Shown piece after piece: positions 48,048 through 60,959 of a stretch of DNA of 64,000 nucleotides. How positions within the stretch are numbered: position 1 is the stretch's first letter; every line of letters starts with the position of its first letter. Position numbers and translations under genes: made by a program. Under the pieces are notes generated by a model. It saw only the letters and a program-made list of their open reading frames with translations, made no database searches and had not been told where the DNA came from. Source of the stretch: Paraspadella gotoi (Eukaryota > Animalia > Chaetognatha). The DNA lies in contig CM119265.1 of the NCBI GenBank assembly GCA_051294375.1, positions 7,512,629 to 7,576,628 on the forward strand. The letters are read 5' to 3'.

Positions 48048-48613
48048 CAGTACATAAACAAAAGGCATCTTGAAGTGAATACAATCCTAGCGACCTCACG
48101 ACTCGAGTCTCAGCAAACATCGAAAGAAAAGGATAAAAAAAAGTCTCTCATCTTTTGCGTCAACCCGATAATTTATTTATTTTTTTTATTGTTTTCATAT
48201 CTATTTTATTTTATATTATTTTTTTTCGTGAAAAACGCATTCCCGAAATCTCGAAAAAAAAAAGTTCCTCTATAACGAAACGAATTCGCAGCATTTTTAT
48301 TTCGATTTTTACCACCGCACGAGATCTTCCGCATCAGCAGCTGCAGCCGTAGAGAAAAAAGGCAATAAAAATCTGCAGCAATTTTTCTCTCGCCCTTCCT
48401 TCAACGACAGCTCACTTTGACAGCAACGGACTTCTCACTGCAACGACTACGACCTTCAACAGCAGCCCGCTTCCTACAGCATCAACTTCAACTAGGACCT
48501 TCAACAGCAACCCGCTTCCTACTGCATCAACTTCACCGATCTTCTAAAACTTTGAAAAAAAAGAAAAGAAAAATAGCACCCTTCATTTTTTCTTACAAAA
48601 CCTTCCGCCAGCT

Positions 48614-48711
<98 letters not shown>

Positions 48712-49084
48712 GGGGGGAATAAATTGGAAAACGATTAAGAAAGAGAAGCGAAATCCCACCTAAACTAATTTTCAGGAATTTTCTTACCGACGAGAAAAAC
48801 GGAAAAAAAAAGTAGAAAAGAAAAGAATAAAAAAATCGGAAGAAGGAAAGAGAAACCGAGAAATGAAGAAGAGAGAAATTGAAGTTGAAAATTAAAAGAA
48901 GAGAAGAAAAAAAGGGAGGAAACCGGAGGAAGAAGAAGGAAAGAAAAGAGAGGAAAAAAAAGAAAAGAAGAAAAAAAGAAAAGAGGAGGTTTTTCATTAA
49001 TCGAAGACGAACCGCGGAAGAAGAAAATAAAAAAAAAAAAAAGGAAAAAAGGGGGAAACTTTCATTTTTTTTGTCACATTCTCT

Positions 49085-49120
<36 letters not shown>

Positions 49121-49404
49121 GTCTCTCTCTCTCTGCTCTCCTCTAGGAATCTTTCATTTTTCGATAAAAGATAAAATTTTGAATAAAAAAAGTTTATTTT
49201 TGCGACGAGAAAAAAGAAATTAAATTGAATTCGTAAAAGTAAAACAAATTAAGTTTAAAAGATAAAAAATCTTTCGCCGTCAACGACCCTCAAACCCCCG
49301 ACTCTAATTCACCTCTCCATCGAACCTTACCTCACCTCACCCCCTCCCCAAATTTACCGAACGCCCCCCTCTCTCTCGACCACTCTCTCTCCCCGCCGAC
49401 GACG

Positions 49405-50107
49405 ATGATGGCGACGACAATGGCGACGCCGACCTTCGTCGCCAACGGCCACGCCCACATCCTCCACGCCCACCCCATGGACGCCGCTATGAGTCTCGGT
49501 CAAGCGGCGCCACACATGACGCTGGCGGGCCTCGTTCCGCCCCACCCCGCTCCGCCGCTGACCGCCATTCCCACCGGTCTCCCTTCGCCGCTGGCCGCCG
49601 CCGGGCCGCCGCCCATGCCGCCGCATCCTCACCCTCATCACGCCGGCGCTCACATGCCCGTCGTCTGCAGCGGCGGCGGCGGCGCGGGAAGCGGCCCCAC
49701 TCTCGTCCCCGCCGTCGTCACCAACGCCGTCGTTTCCGGCGGCGGTGGCGACGCCGCCTCGCCGCACGTTTCGGCGGCGTCTCTGACCAACGGCGCCGCC
49801 GCTGCCGCCGCGGCAGCCGCCGCCGCCGCTCACCTCACCGCCCTCAACAGCTGCGGCGTCCCCGTCCACAACAACAACAACAACCACAACAACAACAACA
49901 ACGGAAGCCCCGGCGGCGTCGGCATCAGCAGCAGCGGCGGCGCCGGCGGCTACACCATCCCCATGAAGGATCACGACGCCATCAAGTTGTTCGTCGGCCA
50001 AATCCCACGCCATCTCGAGGACAAAGATTTGAGGCCGATTTTCGAGGAATTCGGGAAGATTTACGAACTCGCCGTTTTGAAGGACAGGTTCACCGGAATG
50101 CACAAAG
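49405..50107 (+). CDS. CELF4: First coding exon of a CELF3-6 / bruno-like RNA-binding protein (CELF4-like; N-terminal extension plus first part of RRM1)
   Basis: The ORF from ATG 49405 ends ...[52 protein letters not shown], closely matching, from recall, the CELF4/bru3/UNC-75 RRM1 (RNP2 KLFVGQI). It ends at a consensus donor AAG|GTAAGT (intron starts 50108, phase 1, splitting RNP1 KG/CAF). Codon usage is GC-rich (GCC/GGC/CCC), unlike the flanks. The symbol indicates the closest family member; exact orthology within CELF3-6 is not resolved. Confidence 0.95.
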
Positions 50108-50622
50108 GTAAGTTACTTTTCTTTTTTAGTCATGCAACTGATGATAAAGATATGTGAATGACAACGGTTGCATGGTATTTACGATTTTGGAAAATTAAAA
50201 TACCTGCTAAACTTATAATTATAATAGAATTTATCAAAAAAAATCTATCGGGGTTTAGCAATTTGTAAATGGCCCTGTCAAATTCAGAATTCATACAGAT
50301 GTCGATAATTCGTTGATCGGTTTTTGCTGTTTCTCTAGGTCTCTCACTGTCCTTCTGTTTCACAATCCACAAACAACATCGCATTTTCTCTTTCCCTCTT
50401 CGACCAGTGAAACTGGGCCGATTTCAGGATAATTAATTTCGCCATTTGATTAAGCACTAATCGAGAGTAGAGAAGAGCGAGCGAGGGACGGAGAGGGAGA
50501 GAGGAGGGAGCAGTGGGAGAGGGAGACAGTGAGAGGGAGAGAGCGAGAGAGGAAAAGAGCAAAGCAATCTTTTTCTGTCGATGAATTATGAATCTCTGAT
50601 GAAGGCTTTACCGAACCGAGAG

Positions 50623-50661
<39 letters not shown>

Positions 50662-51351
50662 AGAGAGAGAAGGAGAGAGAGAGAGAGGTGAGAGATAGAA
50701 AAATTGAAAGAAAGAAAAAAAGAAAAGAGAAAAAAATAAACGCATTAATCAGTGGCTGGATGTTCTTATCTTATTTTGAAGCCAAGTGGCTTAACTGCAG
50801 CTGTTTGTATCAGTCGAAGCTCCGCAAACTCCGTCTCCCTCTCGCTCTCTCTAATCCATCTCTCTATCTCCCTCGCTCTCTATCTTTCTCTAGCGCGCAC
50901 GCGATCGTCGGTGCGCGCACGGACGCAGACGAGTGTTGCATGCAAGTGGAACGTGTAAAGCTCGAGTGCAAAGTGCAAAACTCGGTATCATAATCTTTTC
51001 CAGTTTAAACTTCTTTTTTTTCAACTTTTTCCTCAAGATCAGCCTCATTATTACTCTCTTGTCTTGTCTTGTCTTCTCTCATCGTCATACCGACCAATCT
51101 TATCTTATCTTCTTTTCTTTTCTATTCTATTCTATTCTATTCTATTCATATTCTATTCTACTTATTCTTTTTTCTTTTCTTTTCTTTTCTTTTCTTTTTT
51201 CTTTTCTCTTCTCTTCTCTCTCTTCTCTATCTTCTCTTCTCTTCTCTTCTCTTCTCTTCTCTTCTCCCCATTCCGACGGTTGGCGTCGCCATTCAATTAA
51301 TGAAAAAAAAAGAGAAAGTCTCGTCGCCCGCAATGTTCGCTTAATCAACAT

Positions 51352-51582
<231 letters not shown>

Positions 51583-51640
51583 TATAGGAAATTCCTCCTT
51601 CATCCCTCGTATCAAAAAAGCCGCCGAGAAAAAATAAAAT

Positions 51641-51675
<35 letters not shown>

Positions 51676-51676
51676 T

Positions 51677-51707
<31 letters not shown>

Positions 51708-52429
51708 ACAACGAGTCGACGCGACATCGATGACGCAGATGAAATTTGATTTGTTTTTGTTTTTTTTTTTTGGTTCGTTCGCCGCGACGCGTCGCTCTTA
51801 TTTGAGCGGATACAGTTGACAACATTTGCTGGATTGGCCGTTGTTGTTTGCTGCTACTGCTTGCAGCTGCTTTTTCCGCCATTGTTAATTATTGCCCGTT
51901 TTGTTTGTGTTTTTTGGGGTTTCCTTCTTTGTTTTGTTTTTTTCGTCGTCTCTTGATCGTTGCGATTGTGGCTTCTTGCTTCTGGCAGATGCCGTGTCGG
52001 TTTTGACGTTTTCCTTCCAGATTGAACAGGCGCCGAATAATTAGTTTTGGTAAAACGATTTTCCGTTTTTCAATAAATTTGGCCTCTCGGCAAAAAAAAT
52101 ATGTTTTCAAATAGTTAAATGGTTAAATGGTGGCCTAACGAAATAACGAAATAACCGTTGTTAGAAATTTAAGTATTTTTTAAAATGATATTTAATAATA
52201 TATGTTAAAAAATTTGAAAAGTAATTTTAAATTATGATAAATGATAAATTTTTTAAACGTCATCACAAGCACAGGGATTATAAAAAAAATTATTTTGTAC
52301 GTAGAACAGTATATCTCAATTATGAAGATAAATCTCATACAAATATGATAAATCTTTTTCACAAATATCTCTATCTTTCTTACTTCTTTCGTCTTCGAGC
52401 ATATTCGTTCTCACCTGCCGTCTTTACTC

Positions 52430-52715
52430 TAACCTCTCTTCTCTAATTCTTCTTTTCTCTTCACTCACCTCTCTTCTCTAATTCTTCTCTTCTCTTCACT
52501 CCCCTCTCTTCTCTAATTCTTCTCTTTTCTGCACACATCTATCTTCTCTAATTCTTCTCTCCTCTCACCTCTCTTCTCTAATTCTTCTCTTCTCTCCTCT
52601 CACCTCTCTTCTCTAATTCTTCTCTTCTCTGCACTCACCTCTCTTCTCTAATTCTTCTCTTCTCTGCACTCACCTCTCTTCTCTAATTTCTCTCTCCTCT
52701 CACCTCTCTTCCCTC
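52430..52715 (+). repeat. Pyrimidine-rich ~30-35 bp minisatellite, about 8 copies
   Basis: Recurring ctcacctctcttctctaattcttctcttctct(gca). Confidence 0.85.
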
Positions 52716-53056
52716 TCTCCCCCCACTCACCCACCTACCTCCACCTCGTCACGCAGCTCGAGCGTCGACGTCGCGAAAGAAAAAACGAGCGAAAGACGAG
52801 TTAGGGTAAGGGTTAAATTAGGGTGAGGTCCAAAGGGTAAGTAATTAAAAGGAGGCCATTTTCACCGTTGAAGACAAAATTCTTCGTCGTTGGCTTTTGT
52901 TGCTACAATAAAAACTCATCATTTGCCAAAACTGATTCTTGCTTCATTTTCTGTCTCTTATCCATATCCTGATTCCTCGTCTTCCAAATCGAACTCATCT
53001 TTCAACCTTTAATTTGGAGTTTGGTTATTTTTTTTATTTAAAGATTATGTTGAAAG

Positions 53057-53228
53057 TTAGGGTTTGGGAATAAGTTTAGGATTAGGGTTAGTGATTAATG
53101 TTCGGGTTAGAAATTAGGGTATAAGGTTTAGGGTTTGAGATTAGGGTTAGAGATATAGGTTAGGGATTAAGTTATAAGTTTAGAAGAATGTTTAGGTGAA
53201 ATATCATAGTTGAAACTGAATTTAGGGA
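53057..53228 (+). repeat. Degenerate TTAGGG-rich (telomere-like) tract
   Basis: About seven TTAGGG plus TTAGG variants with irregular spacers; two more near 52801-52823. Confidence 0.6.
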
Positions 53229-53942
53229 TTTAAAAGAACAGAAACGAGGCGCTCTGGGAAAAGAGAACCGATCTTTCTTCTCTTTAGCTTTGTTTCATTT
53301 CTTTCCACCCATCTTTTATTCTCTCTTTATTCTCTTTTCTTCTCTCTTTATTCTGTTTTTTTCTTCTCTCTTTATTCTCTTTTTTTCTTCTCTCTTTATT
53401 CTCTTTTTTCTTCTCTCTTTATTCTCTTTTTTTCTTCTCTCTTTATTCTCATCCTTCGACGGTGAAGCCTCAACCCAGCCTCCACTTTATTTCGTGTTCT
53501 ACTTTGTTTTCCCTTTTCTTTTTCTTTCCTCCACCAAGACTAATTCTTTCTATTTAAATTTACTTTCCTCTTATTTCCTTTTAAATTCACGCCGCTTCAA
53601 CGCGTCTGCTTCATGAGTTTCAATTTACTTCGCTCCTATTCTTTCCTCGCCTTTTCCTCGCTCCAGCGCTCCTCTTCCGCCAACCCCGCCTGTACTCTCC
53701 TTTCTCTTAAACATCTCTCATCTCTTCTCTCTCTCTTCTCTCTCATCTCTCTCTCTCTCCTCTCTTCTCGGGTTTTAGCGGATCGTCTGTCTTTTTTACT
53801 GCGTTTTGTCGTGTTTGTTCTTTTGTTTTCGAAATTACGATTCAGGAGCCAACAGTGAGAACTGAGGATCAATGCCAATGGAAAAGCGTTTTATCTCTCT
53901 CTCGCTCTCGTTTTTTTTTGTAACTCTGTGTCTTTGTTCTCA

Positions 53943-53997
<55 letters not shown>

Positions 53998-54397
53998 CAA
54001 CCAAGATGAATATTCCTGAGGCGTGGAAAAGGAGTTGAAGGATGAATCGACTATGAGATGATGGGCGGTTTTGGCGGCAACCAAGCCTTACCTTTTATTT
54101 TTCTTGGAAGAAGGAGACACGGAGAAACGGATATATGGATATTGAGGGAGAGACGGATAAAAGAAAAGACGGACAGACGGATAGAAAGAGAAACGGATCT
54201 CGTTAAACAAGATTCTCCAGTCTTCACTCAGCACGAAAAGCGCAAAAAATAGTGGGTGGAATCTAAAAAAGAAGAACAAAGGAAAAACAAAAAAAGCTTG
54301 AGAAATAGAAAAAAAAAACCTTTGGTTTAAAAAAAAGAAAAGTCTAAACAAAAGCGCATCGTTACGTCCCGGTGCCATCGTTTCGTAGCCAAAGGGG

Positions 54398-54449
<52 letters not shown>

Positions 54450-55280
54450 GGGGGAGAAGAAATAAGAAAAATAGAGACAACTCAATCTTAAAGGTTCTTT
54501 GGCAAGGAATTTATGTCCGTTTTATTGCCAATTTTTCACCCGTTGTTGAAAATACGGTGATTTCTTTATTCCCTTCGCCTTTTTCACTTTTCTTTTTTTT
54601 TTCACTTTTCCTCTTTTTTCAATTTTACTTCTTTCCATTTTCCTCTTTCTCTTATTCATTAGTTCATTTTTCTTTTCTTCTTTACTTTCTTTCTTGCTTC
54701 TCCGATTTTAATATATTTCTTTATTTTTCTTTATTTTTTTTCTTTCTTTTATTTTGATTTTCTTTTTTTTCCCCCGTTTTTTCTCTGCTTCTGGTTGTTT
54801 TCATATCTTTTAGGTTTTAAAATCAATAATTTTTTACTTGTTATCGTTTTTACCCTTTAATTTTGTTTTCTCTTTTAATTTATTTTCTCTGCTTCTATTT
54901 TTCTAATATTTTTCTTCTAATCTTTTTATCTTGCCCTTTCCACGATAATTTTTTTGGTTTTTTTTTTCTTCTTGCTCAAGCTTCATATTTTTTTTTCACC
55001 TTTCTTTAACGACCTGTTTATTTTTAGAAATTCATATAATTAAACAATGAACACATTTTATGTTGATTATCGCACGAATGGGAAAGCGAAATAATTGGTC
55101 GCTAAAAAAAGACGCGGACAACGAATTTTTATGCAATTGGATAAATGCGGACGGATTTGATTTCGGTAAAACAAATTATAAATTAACAAATCTACGAAAA
55201 AAAAAATTACCTAAAACTAACGAAATAATTCCTTCGTTGGAAAAGTCTCACAGAAAATTGTCGCAGTTGATCCGACTAAC

Positions 55281-55542
55281 TGGAGTGCAGGAAGATGTAT
55301 GAAGCAGAATCCATGGAAGTGCAGCCTTGTGCAAGAAGAGCAAATCTTTGGCTGCAGTTGTGGCTAGAGAAAAATGTAGGCAGATGTTGCTTAATCAGTC
55401 CAGGAAATCCTGGGTGAGGTGCAGACAGATGCCGACCGTCAGATGCCGACAGATGCCGACCGTCAGATGCCGAAGTCGACGACGAAGAATCGCGTCGTGA
55501 CTCGGAGGTCGCGTCCAACGTCGCGTCGTCTCTCTTCGCAGC
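55281..55542 (-). CDS. Candidate antisense exon nested in the putative CELF intron
   Basis: Acceptor aattttcatcAG|, then an open frame AAKRDDATLDATSESRRDSSSSTSASDGRHLSASDGRHLSAPHPGFPGLIKQHLPTFF...IFLHS with an in-frame 24-nt duplication. It ends at a possible donor CA|GTTAGT or at TAG 55276-55278. Confidence 0.3.
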
Positions 55543-55651
55543 CTGATGAAAATTGATTACGAGAGAGAGAGAGGTTGAGGAAGAAAGAAAGAAAGGAGAG
55601 AGAGATGAGAGGCAGAGAGAATGAGAGAGAGAAGAGAGGAGAGAGAGAGAT

Positions 55652-55685
<34 letters not shown>

Positions 55686-56930
55686 AACGAGAGACAGGGC
55701 AGATGAAAGGGCGTGGTGAGAGAAAAACATGGCCAAAACACGTTTTGGATTCTGCAGATGAAGGAATCGGTCGGGGCATGGAGGAGAGAGAGCAAACGAA
55801 GGAGCGCAGTGATATCAAATTGAGAAAGGGGAGAGAGGAGAGAGGAGAGAGAGAGAGAGAGGAAGACAGAGAGAGAGCGTGCAGCAGAGAGTCACGAGAC
55901 GCAATCCGAAACGGAATTAAAGAGATTAGCCTCACGTGAGAAAAAAATAAATATATATTTAGGAAACTAGGGCAGGAAGTAATATAACCTTGTGTTGTAT
56001 AGATACTTCCTATATCTCCAGAAGACAACACTAACAACCCTCTCCCATTAATAATAGATTTTCAGATTTAGATTATCAAAAACCAAATTAATAAAAATAA
56101 TAATAAATACTAAAAATATAGAATTTGTATATAATTTTATTGAATATTATAAAATCTAAGACTTAAAATAGTGAAACAAGTAATTTTGAAATTTTTATAA
56201 AAAATAAAATTGAATGAAGACAAGTCAGACAACAAGGACGGGAATGAGATTAAACTTAAGTAAAAGAATATCAAAGACCATGTCAGAATAGCGACAGAGT
56301 AAGAAAAGTTGTGAAAATAATAGGCTTTTATAAAGAAAGAAATACGGACGGTGATATTCATGAGTACAAAACGGAATGTGAGAGACAAAGCTTTTGCGTG
56401 AATCTGAGTGAGAGATCCGATGCCAAAGAAAGCAGTTTTTCTTCTGCAATTCGTTTGGGATCAGCAAAGATTTAGCTGCCCTCTGCTAATTGACGAACAA
56501 ATGACACAAATAGGGTGGACGTCTCGCGCACTTTGTGAGACAAACGTCTGATGACAAGGAATTTGCAGAATTTGTTGACACAAATTAATAAAACTGGCAA
56601 AACGAAATGATTAAAAGAAGATGATGTACAAAGAAAACGGGGAGAGGAAAAAAAAGAAAACGATAAAAAAAAAGAAAAAAAGAAGGAACTAGAATAATAA
56701 AAGGAGGAAAGAAGACAAAGGCGAAAAAGAAAAAGAAGAAGAGGAAAAAAAAGAAGATTAAATGGCAAAGAGAGAGAGAAAAAAAAGTGAAAAGAGCTTA
56801 GAATGGAGGAAAAGGAGAAAGAAGGTAAAAGGGAAAAAAAAAAGAGAATGAAAGAAAAAAGTCTTTTGTTTGGAATTCGGAACTCGGGTTCTCAGCAATA
56901 GATCAGGTGGCAAAAAAAAAGGATGGTAGG

Positions 56931-57140
56931 GGTGGTCGATGTAAGGTGGACTGCTTGATGGCGAAGGCAATTGGGTGGTCGATGTAAGGTGGACTGCTCG
57001 ATGGATAATGAAATTGGGTGGTTGATGTAACGTGGACTGCTCAATGGCAAAGGCAATTGGGTGGTTGATGTAAGGTGGACTGCTCGACGGCGAAGGAAAT
57101 TGGGTGGTCGATGTAAGGTGGACTGCTCGACGGCGAAGGC
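56931..57140 (+). repeat. 43 bp minisatellite, about 5 copies
   Basis: Unit ggtggtcgatgtaaggtggactgctcgatggcgaaggcaattg starts at 56931, 56974, 57017, 57060 and 57103. Copies differ by substitutions only. Confidence 0.95.
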
Positions 57141-57927
57141 GCGAGGGGAACAACATTTCAAACGGCGAAGGACCTTGGAAAATGGACGGGCGACCCTTTG
57201 ACGATCGGAGATTTTATCGTCCGGGGAAAAACAACCGGAGACGTTGGGCGTGAGAGACAAAGGAGAGATGAAGGACAAGGTAAAAAGAAAGGAGGACAAG
57301 GTGTACAGGGGGACAAGATTGGACAAGAAATAAAGATGGAAGAAATAGTACCGGAACGAGATGCGGGTCAAAGTGGAAGAATAGGCATAAAGTGACGAAG
57401 GAAAAAAAGTTGGGGAGAGGACGAGATTTGGTTTGACGACATTTAGTGGATCTCCAAATTTTAGGGTAGGTACGAGAACGAAATGTAAAAGATGGGAAAG
57501 TATAATGTACAAGGCACAATGACGAATCGTTGTAAATAAAATGTACTATGTAATGAAGTAGGATTGTTAGAGATTGCACATTTCCTTACGGACTTGGGAA
57601 CACGATTGAGCATCCTTCATATTAATTTCTCTATTGTTGACTCATCAATAACCGTAACGCCATTAGTAGTATTAATTGAAGTTAGTTGTAATTCAGTTGA
57701 CAGTTATAAGAACAATCGAAATAGCAATCAGTAGAGCCATTGAAAGAGCTGTGGAAGAGCCATTGGAAGAACTGTGGAAGCTCAAAAGCTACAAAAAATA
57801 ACCATTTATTAATACTAATTCCACTATTTAATAATTTCAGTAAATCAATCAATTACCTTATGGTCCCAGGGCAATCTCTTCAAAAAATAAAAGTTGCCCT
57901 TTCTTTTATACAAAGACTAAATTTAAT

Positions 57928-58525
57928 GGACCAATGAGAAGAGAGATCTTCTCTAAAATTATTGAGAATTCAATCATTAACTACTATTGGTAGAATTCGA
58001 CCAATGAGAGTAAAGATAAAATAAAATCATTAAAGTTGAGACTAAAACCAATTGACGTGATTCAGATATTCACGAAGAGAATTTGTTTGATTTAAAATCA
58101 TTTCTAACAAGGATTTTTACGAAAAAAATATAGGACTTGTCGTTGTTGTTATTGTTAGAGCTAAACTTCGATTGATAACGTCGAAACAAAATCTCGATGC
58201 CGGAAAATCGGGTCGAACCGGCGTTTGAAAGCCGGAAAGTCCGACCGGAGCGTTCCGGTCACGTGATCGATCGAACTGGAAATGTCGTTAGGGAGAGAAA
58301 AAAAAAAGGTTCGGCGGAAAAAATGAAGCGATTCTCCGATTTTTTGTTTTGTTTCGGAAAAACAAACAGGGAAAATAGTTGGACGTTGGTTAAGACTTGA
58401 GACTTGAGACTTGAGACTTGAGACTTGAGACCAAGAGAATAGAAAAGAGAAAATACACTGAGATAAAAAAAAGAAAGAAAAGAAAAAGAGGAAAGCATCC
58501 GAAGAAAGACTCGGTCCGCCATCTT
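57928..58525. promoter_or_regulatory. Promoter-like motif cluster (CCAAT x4, TGACGT, CCGGAA, GTCACGTGA E-box, YY1 CCGCCATCTT)
   Basis: CCAAT or ATTGG at 57931, 57986, 58001 and 58048; E-box 58258-58266; YY1 58516-58525. Confidence 0.45.
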
Positions 58526-58978
58526 TTGGCCCAAAGGGGATCCCAGTACGTGTTATCCACTCCCCTCTTTTCTTTTTTACGCCCACCCTCTGAAGCAGCT
58601 TTCTTTCTGTCCCTTTTTCCCCTTTTTGGATCGAGGAGATGAGAGAGAGAGAAAGATGAAGAGAAAAGATAGAGAGCGAGACGAAAAGGTTGAAGACGAA
58701 AAGGTTGAAGAGAGGGAGAAAGGGGAAGAAAAGGGGAAAGGAAAGCAGAAGACGAAGAAGAAGAGGAAATTGAAGAAGAAGAAGAAGAAGAAGAAGAAGA
58801 GAGAAGAAGAAGACAAAGGATCAAAAAGAAGGGAGGGGAGGCGAGAAGGAAACCGTGAGCAACTTTTTTGTTGCATTAAATAAACGAGGTCAGGGTTATG
58901 ATGTCGCGAGTTCGGCAAAGGTGACAAATGGCACAAACATCTGTTGGGAATAGATAGAGTCGGAGAGAGTGCGGAGCG

Positions 58979-59041
<63 letters not shown>

Positions 59042-60959
59042 GCAAAAGAAGCACAGAAAAATGACGTTGAAAATAATCTTTTTAAGTTTTTATGATGCTG
59101 GGAAAAAGGATGGTCTTTTCTTTTTCAGACTCTTCTTCTTTCATTCATCCTTTGATTTTTTTTTGATTTTTTCTTTTCTTGTTTAGTTAATTTTTTTTAT
59201 TATTTATTTCAATCGAATATTCTAATTTCTTCCCTTCTCTGTTTTTTTGTCTTTCTTTCTGTCCTTTTAACTCCTTATATCTTCTACGTATCTTTCTGTA
59301 TTTTCTTTTCTCTTTCTACATTTTTCTTTCATCCTCTCTTTTTTTCTTTCTCCTTTCATTCCTCTTTCCTTTACACAAATCTTTCCTCCTCTGTTTTCTT
59401 TCATCCTTTCTTTTCTTTCCTACTTTTTTCTTTCCTCCTCTCTTTTCTTCCCCCTCTTTTCTCTTTCCTCCTCTCTTTTCTTTCGTCCTCTCTTTTCTTT
59501 CCTCCTCTCTTTTCTTTCCTCCTCTCTTCCCCCTCTCTTTCTTTTCCTCCTCCCGTTTCTTCCTCTCTTTTCTTTCCTTTTCTCTTCTCAGGCGCGAAAT
59601 TCAATTTTCTTCACAAATCCGTCGTCGTGGGAACGTGTATCATAATCGTATTTGTCTCCGATTCGTCGGATCAAAAAACCTTCACCCTCTCAACCAAAAT
59701 ACATACACTTTTTTTCTAGTTATCTTTTTTTTTTGTCGAGGGGATTTTTTTTCCTTCGCATCCTGATACTCTAGATTGAGCTCTCTCTCTCTCTCTCTCT
59801 GTGTGTCTCTCTCTGTCTCTAGAGAAGGTGAGATAGTGAGAGGGAGCTTAAAAAAAAAGAAAGAAAGAAAACAGAGAAGAGGGGCGCGAAAATTTTTAGA
59901 GCCCCATAAAAATGAAAAAAAAGGCTGGAGTATTTCTTTCCCCGAGAGAATCGTCCATCATTTGAAATCAATAATGATTTTGGACACAATTGTAATTCAT
60001 TGCTAATTAAAAATGGATTCAAGAGTGGGATCGTGAAAGATAAGAATGTAGATTCGTAAAGGAAGCTCTTCATCTTTTTTTTTGAGTTGCTGATAATTTG
60101 AATAAGCAGAGTATGAATACAATCGTAATTACTAATTTTACTATTTTAACCCCTAAGTTTTACACGTAGCTCTTACTGATTGTACGATTTACGTTGAACA
60201 TCCCAAAACTTCGAGCAAAAGTCTCGGAAAGCGAATTAATTAAAATTTATTACTGAGCATAACGCGAACTAAGGGAACGAGCAAAAGAAAACCATTTTCA
60301 TTTTCTTTTTTTTTTCAAAACTTTCTTTTTTTCGTTTTTCCTTTCAAAAAACTAAAAATAGCAACAACATTTGGGCAACGATCGCGAGAGAAAATGTAAA
60401 TAAACTCGTTTTTTCTTTTATCTTCTCTCAGCTTTTTTTTTTGTTATTATTTTCTTTCTCGAAATGTAAATAACTTTTTTCTTTTTTCCCCTTCTACTTC
60501 GCTAACTCGAACAGGTTTCCCTTCGCCTAATTGAAAGAACTTGTCACACTTTCTCTTTCAAGATAAGAAAAAACATCACGCTTCGTCAAAGAAGGTGTTC
60601 GTGTTATTTGCCCATCTCTCTCTCTCTCTCTCTCTCTNNNNNNNNNNNNNNNNNNNNNNNNNNNNNNNNNNNNNNNNNNNNNNNNNNNNNNNNNNNNNNN
60701 NNNNNNNNNNNNNNNNNNNNNNNNNNNNNNNNNNNNNNNNNNNNNNNNNNNNNNNNNNNNNNNNNNNNNNNNNNNNNNNNNNNNNNNNNNNNNNNNNNNN
60801 NNNNNNNNNNNNNNNNNNNNNNNNNNNNNNNNNNNNNNNNNNNNNNNNNNNNNNNNNNNNNNNNNNNNNNNNNNNNNNNNNNNNGGGGAGAGAGGATCTA
60901 AGAACAGGGAGTTCTCAGCATCTGGTAAAGAAGGTGGATTGGGGTAAGGCGGGTCATTG

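Noticed and set aside
49354-50103. 249-aa antisense ORF overlapping the CELF exon
   Set aside because: Shadow ORF of a GC-rich coding exon; the plus frame carries the recognisable RRM.
50108-50157. ORF-track C-terminus [15 protein letters not shown] of the CELF ORF
   Set aside because: Read-through into the intron after the GTAAGT donor.
56931-57140. CRISPR-like conserved part plus variable part
   Set aside because: The variable portions are short, homologous variants of one sequence; this is an ordinary minisatellite.
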